Shown: positions 1 through 12,661, counted from the first letter of the whole stretch. The stretch is 63,716 nucleotides of DNA, filler included, from Octopus bimaculoides (GCF_001194135.2; 5 parts of 5 records of this genome joined end to end with filler, not necessarily neighbours in it); one strand, 5' to 3'. Numbers and translations: made by a program. The notes: generated by a model not told the origin, from the letters alone.

Positions 1-1627
1 ATATATACGGTTTAGATATAGATTCAAGGTTTGAATATGGTACTTATGCGAAGGCACCCGAATATCGCATCCCAAAAGGATGGGTGATTAAAATCAAACA
101 ATAAGCAACACGGATTTCAAAAGTGATTGTATATATTGCTTGCAACGTCCTGTACCCAGATATGCATCTATATATATACAGGTAGATGTNNNNNNNNNNA
201 ATGCATATAAATAAAAGTTCCTTTAATTCCTACACAAATCGGCTGTGATACCTTGTTTTTTAGTGTAATTTTGCGACCTCTGGTAACTATTAACATATTT
301 ACATTATCAAGGTTTTTTTTTTTAATAACTGAGATAATATTAATATATACATAAACTAATATATATGTATGTATGTACACACACACACACGACACACTTC
401 TTTCAGTTTCCGTCCACCAAATTCCACTCACATGTCTTTGGTCAGCCCAAGGCTACATAAACCAGTAAATAATCATTCAATGTCTACTCTTCCATGCTTG
501 CATGGGCCAAATGGAATCTAATGAGGCAGATTTTTTTTATGGCTGGATGCCCTTCCTGTTTTCAACCCTCACCTATTTCCAAGCAAAGTAATATTCACAC
601 ACACACACACACACATACACACAGAGTCAGACATGTTCTTCATAGAAATGAACATCCTTGCTTGCATAACAGTGAGTTTCGTTTACAATCATCAAGTGAT
701 GCCAAGAAAAGGCGATAGTAACACACACACATACGTATATATGATGGGCCTCTTTCAGTTAGAGACATCCAAGTGCGTAACGAGACGTAACTGGAGACAG
801 GTGACACGGCAGAAGGTGTTTGTGAAGGAACAGCGAAAATAATTAGTGGGTGTTCAAAAGATGGACAGTGGTCAAGTTTTAGAGTAGAGTCCCGCTCCCC
901 CACCCCACCCCGGAAGACTGTTGTGATGAGGTCATACCATAGCAGGAAGGTTACAGAGGAAGAGGAAGACGGATGTGTGGACACTGAATCATTGACTGGG
1001 ATGAAAGAAGGGAATTATTTGCAAACAATATTTACATACACACACACAATACACACACAGAACACGCACACACATGCATACACTTACGCACACAACACAT
1101 GCACAACACACACACAAATACAAACACGTGCACAGCACAACACAAAACACACACACACACAACATAAACACATAACACACACACATTTGTAAGTGTGTAT
1201 TGACGTCATAAGAATTTTATGAACTTTCGAGAGAACGTGAAATAATTCTGTTTCAGAAGAATGGATCACGAAGCAGATAAAGCTATAAAGGATAGCATGT
1301 AAATAAGGGGTTGAAAAACAATTTGGGATAGAAAAAGTCGAGAACTGTCATGGTTAAAAGTGATTTGGGTTCGACTTCCACAGGCAGCCTTCGACTTTTC
1401 TATCGAAAAGCGTTTTTCAATCCAATATTGACGTGCAGTTAATTATAGTCGTGTGTGTGTAAGTAGATGCTTGTGTGTGTGTGTGTACGTGTGTGTGAAT
1501 GCACAGGTGTACTGTTTCTGTTGACCAAAGTTCACTACAAAGGAATTGGTTGAACTGGGCGTTGCTGTGTTTTAGGATCGATCTCAGAACAACATGGTTA
1601 CAAAGCCTACTTCTTATGTACATAACC

Positions 1628-1922
1628 GGAGGCGCAATGGCCCAGTGGTTAGGGCAGCGGACTCGCGGTCATAGGATCGCGGTTTCGATTCCCAGACCGA
1701 GCGTTGTGAGTGTTTATTGAGCGAAAACACCTAAAGTTCCACGAGGCTCCGGCAGGGGATGGTGGCGAACCCTGCTGTACTCTTCCACCACAACTTTCTC
1801 TCACTCTTACTTCCTGTTTCTGTTGTGCCTGTAATTCAAAGGGTCAGCCTTGTCACACTGTGTCACGCTGAATATCCCCGAGAATTACGTTAAGGGTACA
1901 CGTGTCTGTGGAGTGCTCAGCC
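1628..1922 (+). mobile_element. tRNA-derived SINE family A, cut by a gap
   Basis: Head GGAGGCGCAATGGCCCAGTGG (A box) and GGTTTCGATTCC (B box); body shared with copies at 6.7, 7.2, 11.8 and 19.7 kb. Confidence 0.85.
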
Positions 1923-3842
1923 NNNNNNNNNNNNNNNNNNNNNNNNNNNNNNNNNNNNNNNNNNNNNNNNNNNNNNNNNNNNNNNNNNNNNNNNNNNNNN
2001 NNNNNNNNNNNNNNNNNNNNNNNNNNNNNNNNNNNNGAATGAACCTGTGGAGGATGAGGGAGTGTTGCTTTTTGTGTGTGTGTGTGTGTGTGTGGTTTGT
2101 AGGAAGAGGTGCTTGGGTCGTGCGGACCTGGACAGCCATCAGAGAACTCAGGAATCTACCCATGGTAAAATGTGATGTGGCTATTGTTCACAACAGAACA
2201 TGTGCAACGTGTAGAATGGTGTGTGTCTCTCAGTTGGAGGATTGAAAAGGCATGGCAGCTATTTCTTCAGGCAGCACAGTTATGCTTTAGGTAATCGAAT
2301 GGGCAAAACTTTCGCGGGTCTCAAGGGTCATGCAAGGCCCTCACATTGCGTCACCAATGACTCGTTTTAATGATTCTTTCGGTTAATATTAACCATTCTT
2401 TCTAGCAAATGGCTTTGCTTGTATACAAGAAAGCATCTAAGATTTATGTTATGTCATACATGGGTGCGTGTCCATGTCGACCGAAGCCTTATAAATAGAT
2501 TTGATAAATAAAAACTAAAAGAAATCGTGTACATACATACATACATCATACATACATACAAACATACATACATACATGCATACTTACATACATACATACA
2601 AACATACATACACAACATACATACATACATATATACATACATCATACATAATGTTTGTGTTGTATTTGTCCCGACCACCGCTTGAAAACCGGTGTTGGTG
2701 TGTTTACGAACCTGTAACAGCATAGTGGTTCGGCAAAAAGAACGGATAGAATAAGTACTGGGTTAAAAAAAAAAAACAAGTACTGGGATCGACTTGTTCG
2801 ACCAAACCCTTCACCGCGGTGCCCCAGCATGGACGCAGTTCAATGATTGAAACAAATAAAAACAATCAGACACAAACACACACACACAACTGTGCGATTT
2901 CAGTCACCTTGGGACGTTTACATCAATAACCTGATAGAGAAAAACATCGAGGTGCTGGTGCCAGATATTATCCACGACCAAAGTACTAGAGGCTCCAAGT
3001 TCGTCCCTCAGAGACCTGTCAGGAAATAGGAGCCAAAATTTCCTTGGAACGATAGGTTTAATAATACAAAGGAAGGACATGGAATAATGGAAGTCCTGGT
3101 TACACACAATCAGACGAAAAGGTTGCGATGGCCACGAATGGGATGGCATAACTTTGATTACATCTGCTCTTCGTCGGGGTCCACCTGGAGCACTAAACAG
3201 ATCCCGTTTTCTGGGGCCGACAAGGGAGCTCTGCGAGATTAGCAAGAATTTGTAAGAGAACCCTATTTATAGAAGGGGGAAAAAAAACTAAATAAAAAGG
3301 GACACGTAGGAAAATGTAGTCCCTATTTCTTGTACACAAAAAGGCGGGATGATCACGACTGGAATGCCTTTTGCTTATCATAAATCTGTTCGATTAGGAC
3401 TGAGCTAGATCTGAACAACCACCACCACCACTACCACTACTATGATCACAAATATTGCGTGTTATTGAAGGCATTAATCAACAAAGCGGGATGGTCACAA
3501 CTGGAACGCCTTTGCTTATCGGTCTGAACCACCACCACCACTACTACTACCACTGATACTACTGTAAATACTACTACTACTACTACAACTACAACTATAA
3601 TTACAGTGTGTCGTGGATGTGACGTTAATTAACAATGATCAACAAATAGCAAGGTGCTTCTTTCTGGACGGTTGATCGGTCGACGCGCTAGAAATGGCAA
3701 CTAAATCTTCCAAGCGACACGCTCACCAATATTAATACAAACTGACTGGATGGTCACGGCTGAAATACCTTTAAATCGTATGGGCTCGCCTAGTATTTAA
3801 ATAGACTCCAACTCGTTTGATAAGTGAAGGTAAGAAAGAAAA

Positions 3843-3910
<68 letters not shown>

Positions 3911-3932
3911 GTTGGTAGGTAGATAGATAGAT

Positions 3933-3996
<64 letters not shown>

Positions 3997-4008
3997 TGGT
4001 AGGTAGAT

Positions 4009-4066
<58 letters not shown>

Positions 4067-4082
4067 ATAGATGAAGCATTAC

Positions 4083-4163
4083 CTTGGCAGTTCCGGGTAG
4101 CGATTCCTTAAGGGTAGCATGGAGCTGTACTAATTGATCTTGTGTTAATACTTTGTACATCAT
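4083..4163 (-). CDS. Probable first coding exon of a glycine N-acyltransferase-like (GLYAT/GLYATL3-like) protein ([27 protein letters not shown])
   Basis: Unique 27-codon segment ending in AAG|GTAATG. The pattern resembles the GLYAT-family N-terminus (L...L..SLP.S.KV). Downstream exons were not identified, so the family call is tentative. Confidence 0.45.
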
Positions 4164-4339
4164 CTCATAGCCGTTTGGATGTTTTGGTTGTCCTAAAAGT
4201 TTGTCTTGTTGTGTACGGGGCAGAGAGAAAGAAGGAAGAATGCCCGAGTAGAATCTATGTATGAGGAAATGAATGTTATCTGTGGGTGGCTGGATGGATG
4301 GTAGCTACATGGCCATGTCGTGTCCTTCTGATGTTTTTA

Positions 4340-5060
4340 GTTATGTAAAGAAATGGGGGGGGGGCGAACGACGGGTGGAGTGCGAGAGGGAATAGACAGA
4401 CAGAGAGAGAATAGATATATACAGAGTGTGGAGAAACAGAGAGAGACAGAGTAGAATATAGAAGGAATAGAGTGAACTGGTTGGTACGAAATGGGGAGAG
4501 AGAGAGGAGGAGGAGGAGAAGAGATATGAAAAGGTAGGGAGAAGGAAAAAGGAAAGTAAGAGATACGGAGAGAGAGGAGAAAGGGAAGCAAAAGATGAAG
4601 ATAGGAGAAGGAGAGAGTGAGAAGAGATAAAGAGAGTTGGCGATAAGAAAGAGGGAAGGAAGAGATAAAGGGAGAGGGATGAAAGAAAGAGAAGAGACAA
4701 GGAAAGTGTAACATGAGAGGAAGCTGGAGTAAAGAGAAAACGAGAGGGTAGCGAGAGGGAGAGGAGATAAATAAAGAGAGGAACGAAAGAGTGAAGTGAG
4801 AAATAAAGAGAGCGTAAGAGATAAAGTGAGAGGGGCGAAAGAAATAGAAGTAACAGCTGAAGAGAGAGCGATAAAGAGAAAGGATGAGAGAGAGAGAGAG
4901 AGGGGGACGATAAAAAAAAATCAGAGAGGACGAGAGAGAGAGAGAAAAGATAGCTGAAGAAAGAGGGGGATGAAAGATAGAGACAGAAAGAAGAGAGAGG
5001 GGTAATAAGAGACAAAAATCATAAGATAAAGGAGGTGTAGGAGAAGTAGGGAAGAGGAGG
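4340..5060. repeat. Long GA-rich low-complexity tract
   Basis: Purine-only stretches; this explains the S/L/F-rich pseudo-ORFs. Confidence 0.9.
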
Positions 5061-5735
5061 AGGAACTAAAGTAAGTAAGCGTAGATAGGATAGGGGGGGG
5101 AGGACGAAAGGAATGAGGGAAGAAGAGAAAAAGAGGAAGACAGAATGTTGTGTGTATGTGTGTGTGTGTCTATAAATATATGTGCTTGTGTTAATGCGTG
5201 TGTCTGTGAAAACGAGAGAGAGAGAGAGAGTAGTAATGATAGAGAGGGAGTAAGAAAGAAAGAGTATAAGTTATAGGGAAGAGATTAAAATAGAAAGACT
5301 AACCGGCAGATAGAAAACGATAGACTAAGAACTGTGTAGAGGGGAGTAAAAAAGAAAGAGGGTGAGAAAGAACATAGAAGAGAAAGGTATGAGTGTGTGT
5401 GTTTCAAAGAGATTATAATGGGAGAACACGTGAGGGGTGTCTACACGCGTATGATTACAATAAACGGATACACCTACACCTGTCTATAAAGTAAGCATGC
5501 ATTTATGTATGCATATATATAACATAGGGTAAAAATCAGATATTAATAAATATCGATTTATTACCATGTGGTCTATTTCTAGCATATTAGGGGTATCCGT
5601 TTATTGTGATCACGGATCTCTTTAGATAACATTAAGCAGAGCATTTAAACGAGTCTATTTGGGTCCCATTTATTGTATAACATTTGATAACATCTTTGTG
5701 TATACACACATGCACACACACACACACACACTACA

Positions 5736-5777
<42 letters not shown>

Positions 5778-5847
5778 TACATATCTCTCTCTCTCTCTCA
5801 CACACACACACTACATCTCTCTCACACACACACACACACACTACATA

Positions 5848-5879
<32 letters not shown>

Positions 5880-5963
5880 TACATCTCTCTTTCTCTCTTT
5901 CTCACACACACACACTACATCTCTCTCTCACACACACACACACTACATCTCTCTCACTCTCTT

Positions 5964-6017
<54 letters not shown>

Positions 6018-6513
6018 TCACGCATGCACACATACATAGCTTTCAAGAGTATGATAATATCGATCTCAGTATTTAACTGATATTTATTTTATCCGCCCCT
6101 GGAGGGTAAAAAAAGCAAGCTCGTCGTGGACGGTATTTGAACGAAGAACATGAAGGGACCTTAAGTAAACACCAGAAGGTACTTCTTTGGACGTTTTACC
6201 GAATTTGAGAGAAAGGTCGGCGAGTGTGTGCACGATGGAAGGGGAGGAGAAAAGAGTATAAGCAGGAGGGGTAGTAGAAGTGTAAACGGAACATAAAGAG
6301 AGGGTAGAAGGATAGGGAGAAAGAAGGGGAGGTCAATATAGAGGAGGTGGTGAGAGAAAAGGTAGAGGGAGAGTGAGAGATCAATATAATGAGTGAAGGA
6401 GAGAAGAGAAATAGCGAGTGAGTGGCGGTGAGAGATGATGCAACAGCGAGCGAGAAGACAAGAAGGGAAGGAAGCATTGACGGAGGAATGATAGAAGGAA
6501 GAAAGGATAGAGC

Positions 6514-7136
6514 GGAGGGAGGAAGGAAGGAAGAAAGAACTGAGCGAGGAAGTAAGGATAAAAAGAAAGAAAGGGTTGGAATAGAAAGGGAAGAACGAAG
6601 GAAGGGAGGGAGGGAGCACGGAGAAAGGAACAACGAAAGGATAGAGGGGAGGGAGACACTCCGTCGCTTACGACGTCGTGGGTTCCAGTTGATCCGATCA
6701 ACGGAACAGCCCACTCGTGAAATTAACGTGCAAGTGGCTGAGCACTCCACAGACACGTGTACCCTTAACGTAGTTCTCGGGGAGATTCAGCGTGACACAG
6801 AGTGTGACAAGGCAGACCCTTTGAATTACAGGCACAACAGAAACAGGAAGAAAGAGTGAGAGAAAGTTGTGGTGGAAGAGTACAGCAGGGTTCGCCACCA
6901 TCCCCTGCCGGAGCCTCGGGGAGCTTTTAGGTGTTTTCGCTCAATAAACTCTCACAACGCCCGGTCTGGGAATCGAAGCCGCGAGTCCGCTGCTCTAACC
7001 ACTGGGAGGGAGGAAGGAAGGAAGAAAGAACTGAGCGAGGAAGTAAGGATAAAGAGAAAGAAAAGGTTAGAATAAAAAGGAAAGAACGAAGGAAGGGAGG
7101 GAGGGAGAACGGAGAAAGGAACAACGAAAGGATAGA
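6514..7136 (+). repeat. About 132-bp GA-rich direct repeats (6514-6646 and 7005-7136) flanking a SINE
   Basis: GGAGGGAGGAAGGAAGGAAGAAAGAACTGAGCGAGGAAGTAAGGATAAA...GGAACAACGAAAGGATAGA occurs twice with several substitutions. Confidence 0.85.
6655..7006 (-). mobile_element. SINE family A, 5'-truncated
   Basis: Reverse complement of the family A body; the extreme 5' head is missing and there is a short deletion near the B box. Confidence 0.85.
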
Positions 7137-7203
7137 AGGTATAGTGGGAAGGGTGGTATCGTTTGTGGAGTAAGAGGAAAGTATAAGATTAAGAATGTAC
7201 AGT

Positions 7204-7586
7204 GGAGGCGCAATGGTCCAGTGGTTAGGGCAGCGGACTCGCGGTCATAGGATCACGGTTTCGATTCCCAGACCGGGCGTTGTGAGTGTTTATTGAGCGA
7301 AAATACCTAAAAGCCCCACGAGGCTCCGACAGGGGATGGTGGCGAACCTTGCTGTGTTCTTCCACCACAACTTTCTCTCACTCTTACTTCCTGTTTCTGT
7401 TGTGCCTGTAATTCAAAGGGGTCAGCCTTGTCACACTCTGTGTCACGCTGAATCTCCCCGAGAACTACATTAAGGGTACACGTGTCTGTGGAGTGCTCAG
7501 CCACTTGCACGTTAATCTCACGAGTGGGCTGTTCCGTTGATCGGATCGACTGGAAACCCTCGACGTCGTAAGCGACGCAGTGCCAA
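7204..7586 (+). mobile_element. SINE family A, full length
   Basis: A and B boxes and a full body ending ...GCGACGCAGTGCCAACA; imperfect flanking duplication AAGAATG(T/A)ACA. Confidence 0.88.
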
Positions 7587-8002
7587 CACACACACAAGAA
7601 TGAACAAATGTTTGTAATGATATATCAGTGTGTGTAACGCGTGGATAAACGTGTGTAGAACGTGCGTATCATGCGTGTAACACACAATATGATGTATATA
7701 AACTTGTCTTCACTTCACAGACTTTGAACAATGTTTTCTTTTGTTTTGCTTTGTTTTGTGTGTTCTTTGTGTGAGTTATTTTCGTTTTTTTAGTCCATGT
7801 TTCCAAACTCTAAAATAGCCGACCTTTTAACTGTTGTCTTTTCCTTGACTAACTAGTCAGTCGTCTGCTGCGTAGCACACGCTCAGACACACACTCATAC
7901 ATACATACATACATACATACATACATACATANNNNNNNNNNATACATACATACTTACGTACATACATACATACATACTTACGTACATACTTACGTACATA
8001 CA

Positions 8003-8394
8003 TACTCTTTTACTTGTTTCAGTCATTTGACTGCGGCCATACTGGGGCACCGCCTTTGGTCGAGCAGATCGACCCCGGGACTTTATTCTTTGTAAGCCTA
8101 GTACTTGTTCTATCGGTCTCATTTTGCCGAACCGCTAGGTTACGGGGACGTAAACACACCAGCAACGGTTGTCAAGCGAAGTTGGGGGGACAAATACAGA
8201 CACACAAACATATACACACAAACACACATACATATATATATATATACGACGGGCTTCTTTCAGTTTCCGTCTACCAAATCCACTCACAAGGCTTTGGTCG
8301 GCCCGAGGCTATAGTAGAAGACACTTGCCCAAGGTGCCACGCAGTGGAACTGAATCCGGAACCATGTGGTTAGTAAGCAAGCTACTTACCACAC
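8003..8394 (-). mobile_element. tRNA-derived SINE family B (CORE-like CTTGGGCAAG domain)
   Basis: Reverse complement of TGTGGTAAGTAGCTTGC...GGCACCTTGGGCAAGTGTCTTCTAC...; many copies in the window. Octopus CORE-SINEs (OR families) are known, but the exact family name is not verified. Confidence 0.85.
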
Positions 8395-8419
8395 AACATA
8401 CATACATACATACATACAT

Positions 8420-8555
8420 ACCCATTTGGAACAAACTATGGCTGAACTTGGGTTCTTGGGGAAAGAACGCAAATGCTTAATTCATACACTACAAATGATC
8501 GCGATATCTGGGACTATAAAAATCTTAAAGACCTTAAGAGTCAAATGATGATGAG
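8420..8555 (+). mobile_element. 3' end of a non-LTR retrotransposon (REL-endonuclease type, R4/NeSL-like)
   Basis: Translates to HLEQTMAELGFLGKERKCLIHTLQMIAISGTIKILKTLRVK**, resembling the LQ....GT.KI.K C-terminal motif, followed by a TGA-repeat tail. Confidence 0.45.
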
Positions 8556-9084
8556 CAAAACAACATGCTTTCCTTCACAATTTTGCTACTAAGTAGGGAG
8601 CTGAACAACATTTACTCCAAATTAAAAAGAGAAAGACGTGATCTGGACATTATGGACAAACCAGATCTCTAAGATTGTCAAGAAGGCTGAAACTTTGAGA
8701 GAGGGATTTTAGTCGATTACATGGACCCCAATGCTCAACAGGTACTTATTTTATCGGCCCCGGTGCCGAAAGGATGAAGGGCAAATTGGACCTCGGCGGA
8801 ATTTGAACACAGAACATTAAGAGGGACGAAATACCGCTAAAAATTTGTCCGACCTCTTAACAATTCTGCCAACTTGCAGAAATTAATTTAATGTTACATA
8901 GTTACAAAGGGGGTAAGTGTTGCTTAAATTCCAGTACTATCTCACCAAGGCGACGACCTGGTAGAATCGTTAGGACGCCGGACGAAATGCTTGGAGGCAT
9001 TTAGTCCGTCTTCATGTTCTGAGGTCAAATTCCGCCGAGATCNNNNNNNNNNNNNNNNNNNNNNNNNNNNNNNNNNNNNNNNNN

Positions 9085-9745
9085 CAATCATGAGGTAGTG
9101 AGTTCGATTCTCGAACTGGGCTGTGTGCCGTGTTCTTGAACAAAACACTTTATTTCACGTTGCTCTAGTTCAGGGGTTTTCAAACTGTGGTCCGCGGACC
9201 ACAGGGGGTTCGCAAGGACAAGACAGGGGGTCCGTGGACAACAAATACTTTTTATGGGCAATTTGATTTTATATATGTTTTTTTATCGAAATCTTTTAAT
9301 TGACAATAAACCTATTTGTTAAATACTGTTAATTAATAAATGTAAAAATATGTTATTTTAAGCAAATACTTATGTATAAATTTCATAAGCGTTTATAAGG
9401 GGGTCCCTAAGGTAAAGCCCGAAATATAAAGGGGTCCGCAAGTCAAAAAGTTTGAAAACCCCTGCTCTAGTTCACTCAGCTGCTGAAATGCAGAGCGTGG
9501 GGGGGGGTACGCATGGGTGACTGCTGGTCTTCCATAAACAACCTTGCTAGGACTTGTGTCTTGGAGGAGAACTTTCTAGGTGCAATCCCCTGGTCAATCA
9601 TGAGGTAGTGAGTTCGATTCTCGGACTGGGCTGTGTGCCGTGTTCTTAAGCGTAATTTTACATTGCTCTGGTTCACTCAGCTGTTGAAATGGAGAGGGGG
9701 AGGCTGGTATGCATGGGTGACTGCTGGTCTTCCATAAAACAACCT
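9085..9745 (+). mobile_element. Two tandem segments of SINE family D, the first interrupted by a hAT MITE
   Basis: CAATCATGAGGTAGTGAGTTCGATTCTCG...TTGCTCT(A/G)GTTCACTCAGCTG...GACTGCTGGTCTTCCATAAA occurs twice. Confidence 0.7.
9171..9464. mobile_element. hAT (Charlie/Buster-type) MITE with an 8-bp TSD
   Basis: TIRs CAGGGGTTTTCAAACT / AGTTTGAAAACCCCTG; TSD CTCTAGTT at 9163-9170 and 9465-9472. Confidence 0.9.
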
Positions 9746-9747
9746 TG

Positions 9748-9812
9748 CCCTAACCCTAACCCTAAAACCCTAACCCTGACCCTAGCCCTAACCTTAACCT
9801 TAAAACCCTTGT
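9748..9812 (+). repeat. Telomere-like (CCCTAA)n variant array
   Basis: CCCTAACCCTAACCCTAAAACCCTAACCCTGACCCTAGCCCTAACC... Confidence 0.8.
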
Positions 9813-11179
9813 AAGGGAACGACCGGGTCACCAATTGTAGGGAACGACCGTGCGAACTCAAAAAGGAGAAATGGTGACGAATGGAAAAACAGAGGACTCC
9901 TTTTATTTAAACGCGTCACACGGTCGAACACAAAAAAATATATATCAAAGATGATATACAAAATATGTTATACGACAATAACCTAGATGACCAGTAATGA
10001 AAGACCACAACCGTATTAGATGAATAACAGAGATATTTATTGTAGCGTTAAAGATGTATGTCTGTGTGAGAGTGTGAATGCGACATATAATAACATAATC
10101 AAAGACAGGCCGTCGTACAAAGAAAAGTGTGTATGTGAGTGATACATGTGTGTGTATGTGAGATATTACAGCATATAGAAAGAGTCAGTAACACGTGTGC
10201 AGTTATACCAGTTCTTTAGTACACTATAGGAAAAGTTCTGTATGTGAAAGTGAGGAGGCTGAGTGTGGCAGAGCTGATCACTAGTTGTGATGTAGTGGCA
10301 TCGATGCCGGGCCGTGATTCTTGTTATACAGATGTTCGTCGTTTGGCAGAGCNNNNNNNNNNNNNNNNNNNNNNNNNNNNNNNNNNNNNNNNNNNNNNNN
10401 NNNNNNNNNNNNNNNNNNNNNNNNNNNNNNNNNNNNNNNNNNNNNNNNNNNNNNNNNNNNNNNNNNNNNNNNNNNNNNNNNNNNNNNNNNNNNNNNNNNN
10501 NNNNNNNNNNNNNNNNNNNNNNNNNNNNNNNNNNNNNNNNNNNNNNNNNNNNNNNNNNNNNNNNNNNNNNNNNNNNNNNNNNNNNNNNNNNNNNNNNNNN
10601 NNNNNNNNNNNNNNNNNNNNNNNNNNNNNNNNNNNNNNNNNNNNNNNNNNNNNNNNNNNNNNNNNNNNNNNNNNNNNNNNNNNNNNNNNNNNNNNNNNNN
10701 NNNNNNNNNNNNNNNNNNNNNNNNNNNNNNNNNNNNNNNNNNNNNNNNNNNNNNNNNNNNNNNNNNNNNNNNNNNNNNNNNNNNNNNNNNNNNNNNNNNN
10801 NNNNNNNNNNNNNNNNNNNNNNNNNNNNNNNNNNNNNNNNNNNNNNNNNNNNNNNNNNNNNNNNNNNNNNNNNNNNNNNNNNNNNNNNNNNNNNNNNNNN
10901 NNNNNNNNNNNNNNNNNNNNNNNNNNNNNNNNNNNNNNNNNNNNNNNNNNNNNNNNNNNNNNNNNNNNNNNNNNNNNNNNNNNNNNNNNNNNNNNNNNNN
11001 NNNNNNNNNNNNNNNNNNNNNNNNNNNNNNNNNNNNNNNNNNNNNNNNNNNNNCTACGCCCGCGTTTATTTATATTTAAATGAGAAGAATGACGATAGTA
11101 GTTTTGTATCTAATGGCGGTAGGTAGTTTTGTATGTAATGGCGATCGAGGTGTTAGAGACGATAGGTAGTTTCACTACA

Positions 11180-11204
11180 CCCTAACCCTAAAACCCTAAC
11201 CCTG

Positions 11205-11242
<38 letters not shown>

Positions 11243-11302
11243 ACCCTAAAACTAACTCTAAAACCCTAACCCTGACCCTAAAACTCTAACCCTAACACCC
11301 TA
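11180..11302 (+). repeat. Telomere-like (CCCTAA)n variant array
   Basis: About 20 CCCTAA/CCCTAAA/CCCTGA units. Confidence 0.85.
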
Positions 11303-11754
11303 GTGGAAATCGTGCGGGCGTTAATCTGAAAATCTTCCGTGTTTTCTACTGTAGCCCCCGGTCAACCAAAGCCTTGTGAGTGGATTTGGTTGATGGAAAC
11401 TGAAAAATGTCCATTATGTATGTATGTATGTATGTATGTATGTGTATGTGTGTGTGTGTGTGTGTTTGTTTGTCTTCCTCACCATCGCTTGACAACCGTT
11501 GCTAGTGTGTTTATCTCCCCATAGCCTAGCGCTTCAGCAAAAGGAACCGAAAGAATAAGTACTAGGCTTTAAGGTGATGCTCCAGCATGGCCGCAGTCAA
11601 ATGACTGAAACAAGTAAAAGAACACTATATGGCGTTCCTGTAGAATAACGCCGCAAATTATCTAGAGGTGCGCACACACACTGACACACGTCAAATTTTT
11701 TTTTTTTTTCAAAATTTCAAGTTCCATTTCGTAGATGTGTATCAGGATGAGCAT

Positions 11755-12068
11755 GGAGGTGCAATGGCCCAGTGGTTAGGGCAGCGGACTCGCGGTTATA
11801 GGATCGCGGTTTCGATACCCAGAGCGGGCGTTGTCAGTGTTTATTGAGCGAAAACACCTAAAAGTTCCACGAGGCTCCGGCAGGGGATGGTGGCGAACCC
11901 TGCTGTACTCTTTCACCACAACTTTCTCTCACTCTTACTTCCTGTTTCTGTTGTGCCTGTAATTCAAAGGGTCACCCTTGTCACATTGTGTCATGCTGAA
12001 TACCCCCGAGAACTACGTTAAGGGTACACGTGTCTGTGGAGTGCTCAACCACTTGCACGTTAATTTCC
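11755..12068 (+). mobile_element. SINE family A, 3'-truncated
   Basis: Same head and body as the other family A copies. Confidence 0.85.
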
Positions 12069-12630
12069 AATATAATCGCAATTTACACAGTCTGAAAGGT
12101 ATTGATGGAATTTTCATTAAAATATATGCATTTTTCTGAAAGTTATGAGGAAACAAAGTCGTGTAAGGGGGTAATCTTGTATAAATATACATATTCGAAT
12201 AGATGTAATGGCCGTGGCTGGAGCGACTTTGGTCATAACTCTGTGCTGATTTCGGTCTAAACAATAATAGTAATAACGGTAATTATCGGCAATTATCTTC
12301 CGCCTTGTGAAATTCTTTCTTTAATCATGAGAGTTTCCACAGCTAAAGTACAAGAGAAGGCTTGTAATAGATTTGTCATCAACCAACCAGAGGGGAGAGA
12401 AAGGGAGGGAGAGAGCGAGAGGGGGTCACGAGAGAGAGAGAGAGAGAGGGTAACGAGATAGATAGAGAGGGTAACGAAAGAGAGATGATAGAGAGGGGAT
12501 AACGAGAGTGAGAGAGAGAGAATATAACGAGAGAGAAAGAAGAGAGAGAGAAGATAGAGAGAGGATAACGAGAGAGAAAGAAGAGAGAGAGGATAACGGG
12601 ACAGAAGTTAAAGAGAGAAAAGATAATAAT

Positions 12631-12659
<29 letters not shown>

Positions 12660-12661
<2 letters not shown>

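Noticed and set aside
1628-1700. tRNA gene-like sequence (also at 7204, 11755, 28289 and 59706)
   Set aside because: The A and B boxes are followed by long bodies shared among copies. These are SINE heads, not tRNA genes.
2103-3029. Spliced + strand reading GAWVVRTW...SPWDVY...VLVPDI as a GT13/POMGNT1-like fragment
   Set aside because: The similarity is weak, the key downstream residues are absent and a stop follows shortly. It cannot be supported without a search.
4337-6859. S/L/F-rich and H/T-rich ORFs
   Set aside because: These are translations of GA/CT/CA low-complexity tracts and of a SINE.
11180-11302. True telomere or chromosome end
   Set aside because: The array is short, degenerate and internal, with ordinary sequence on both sides.
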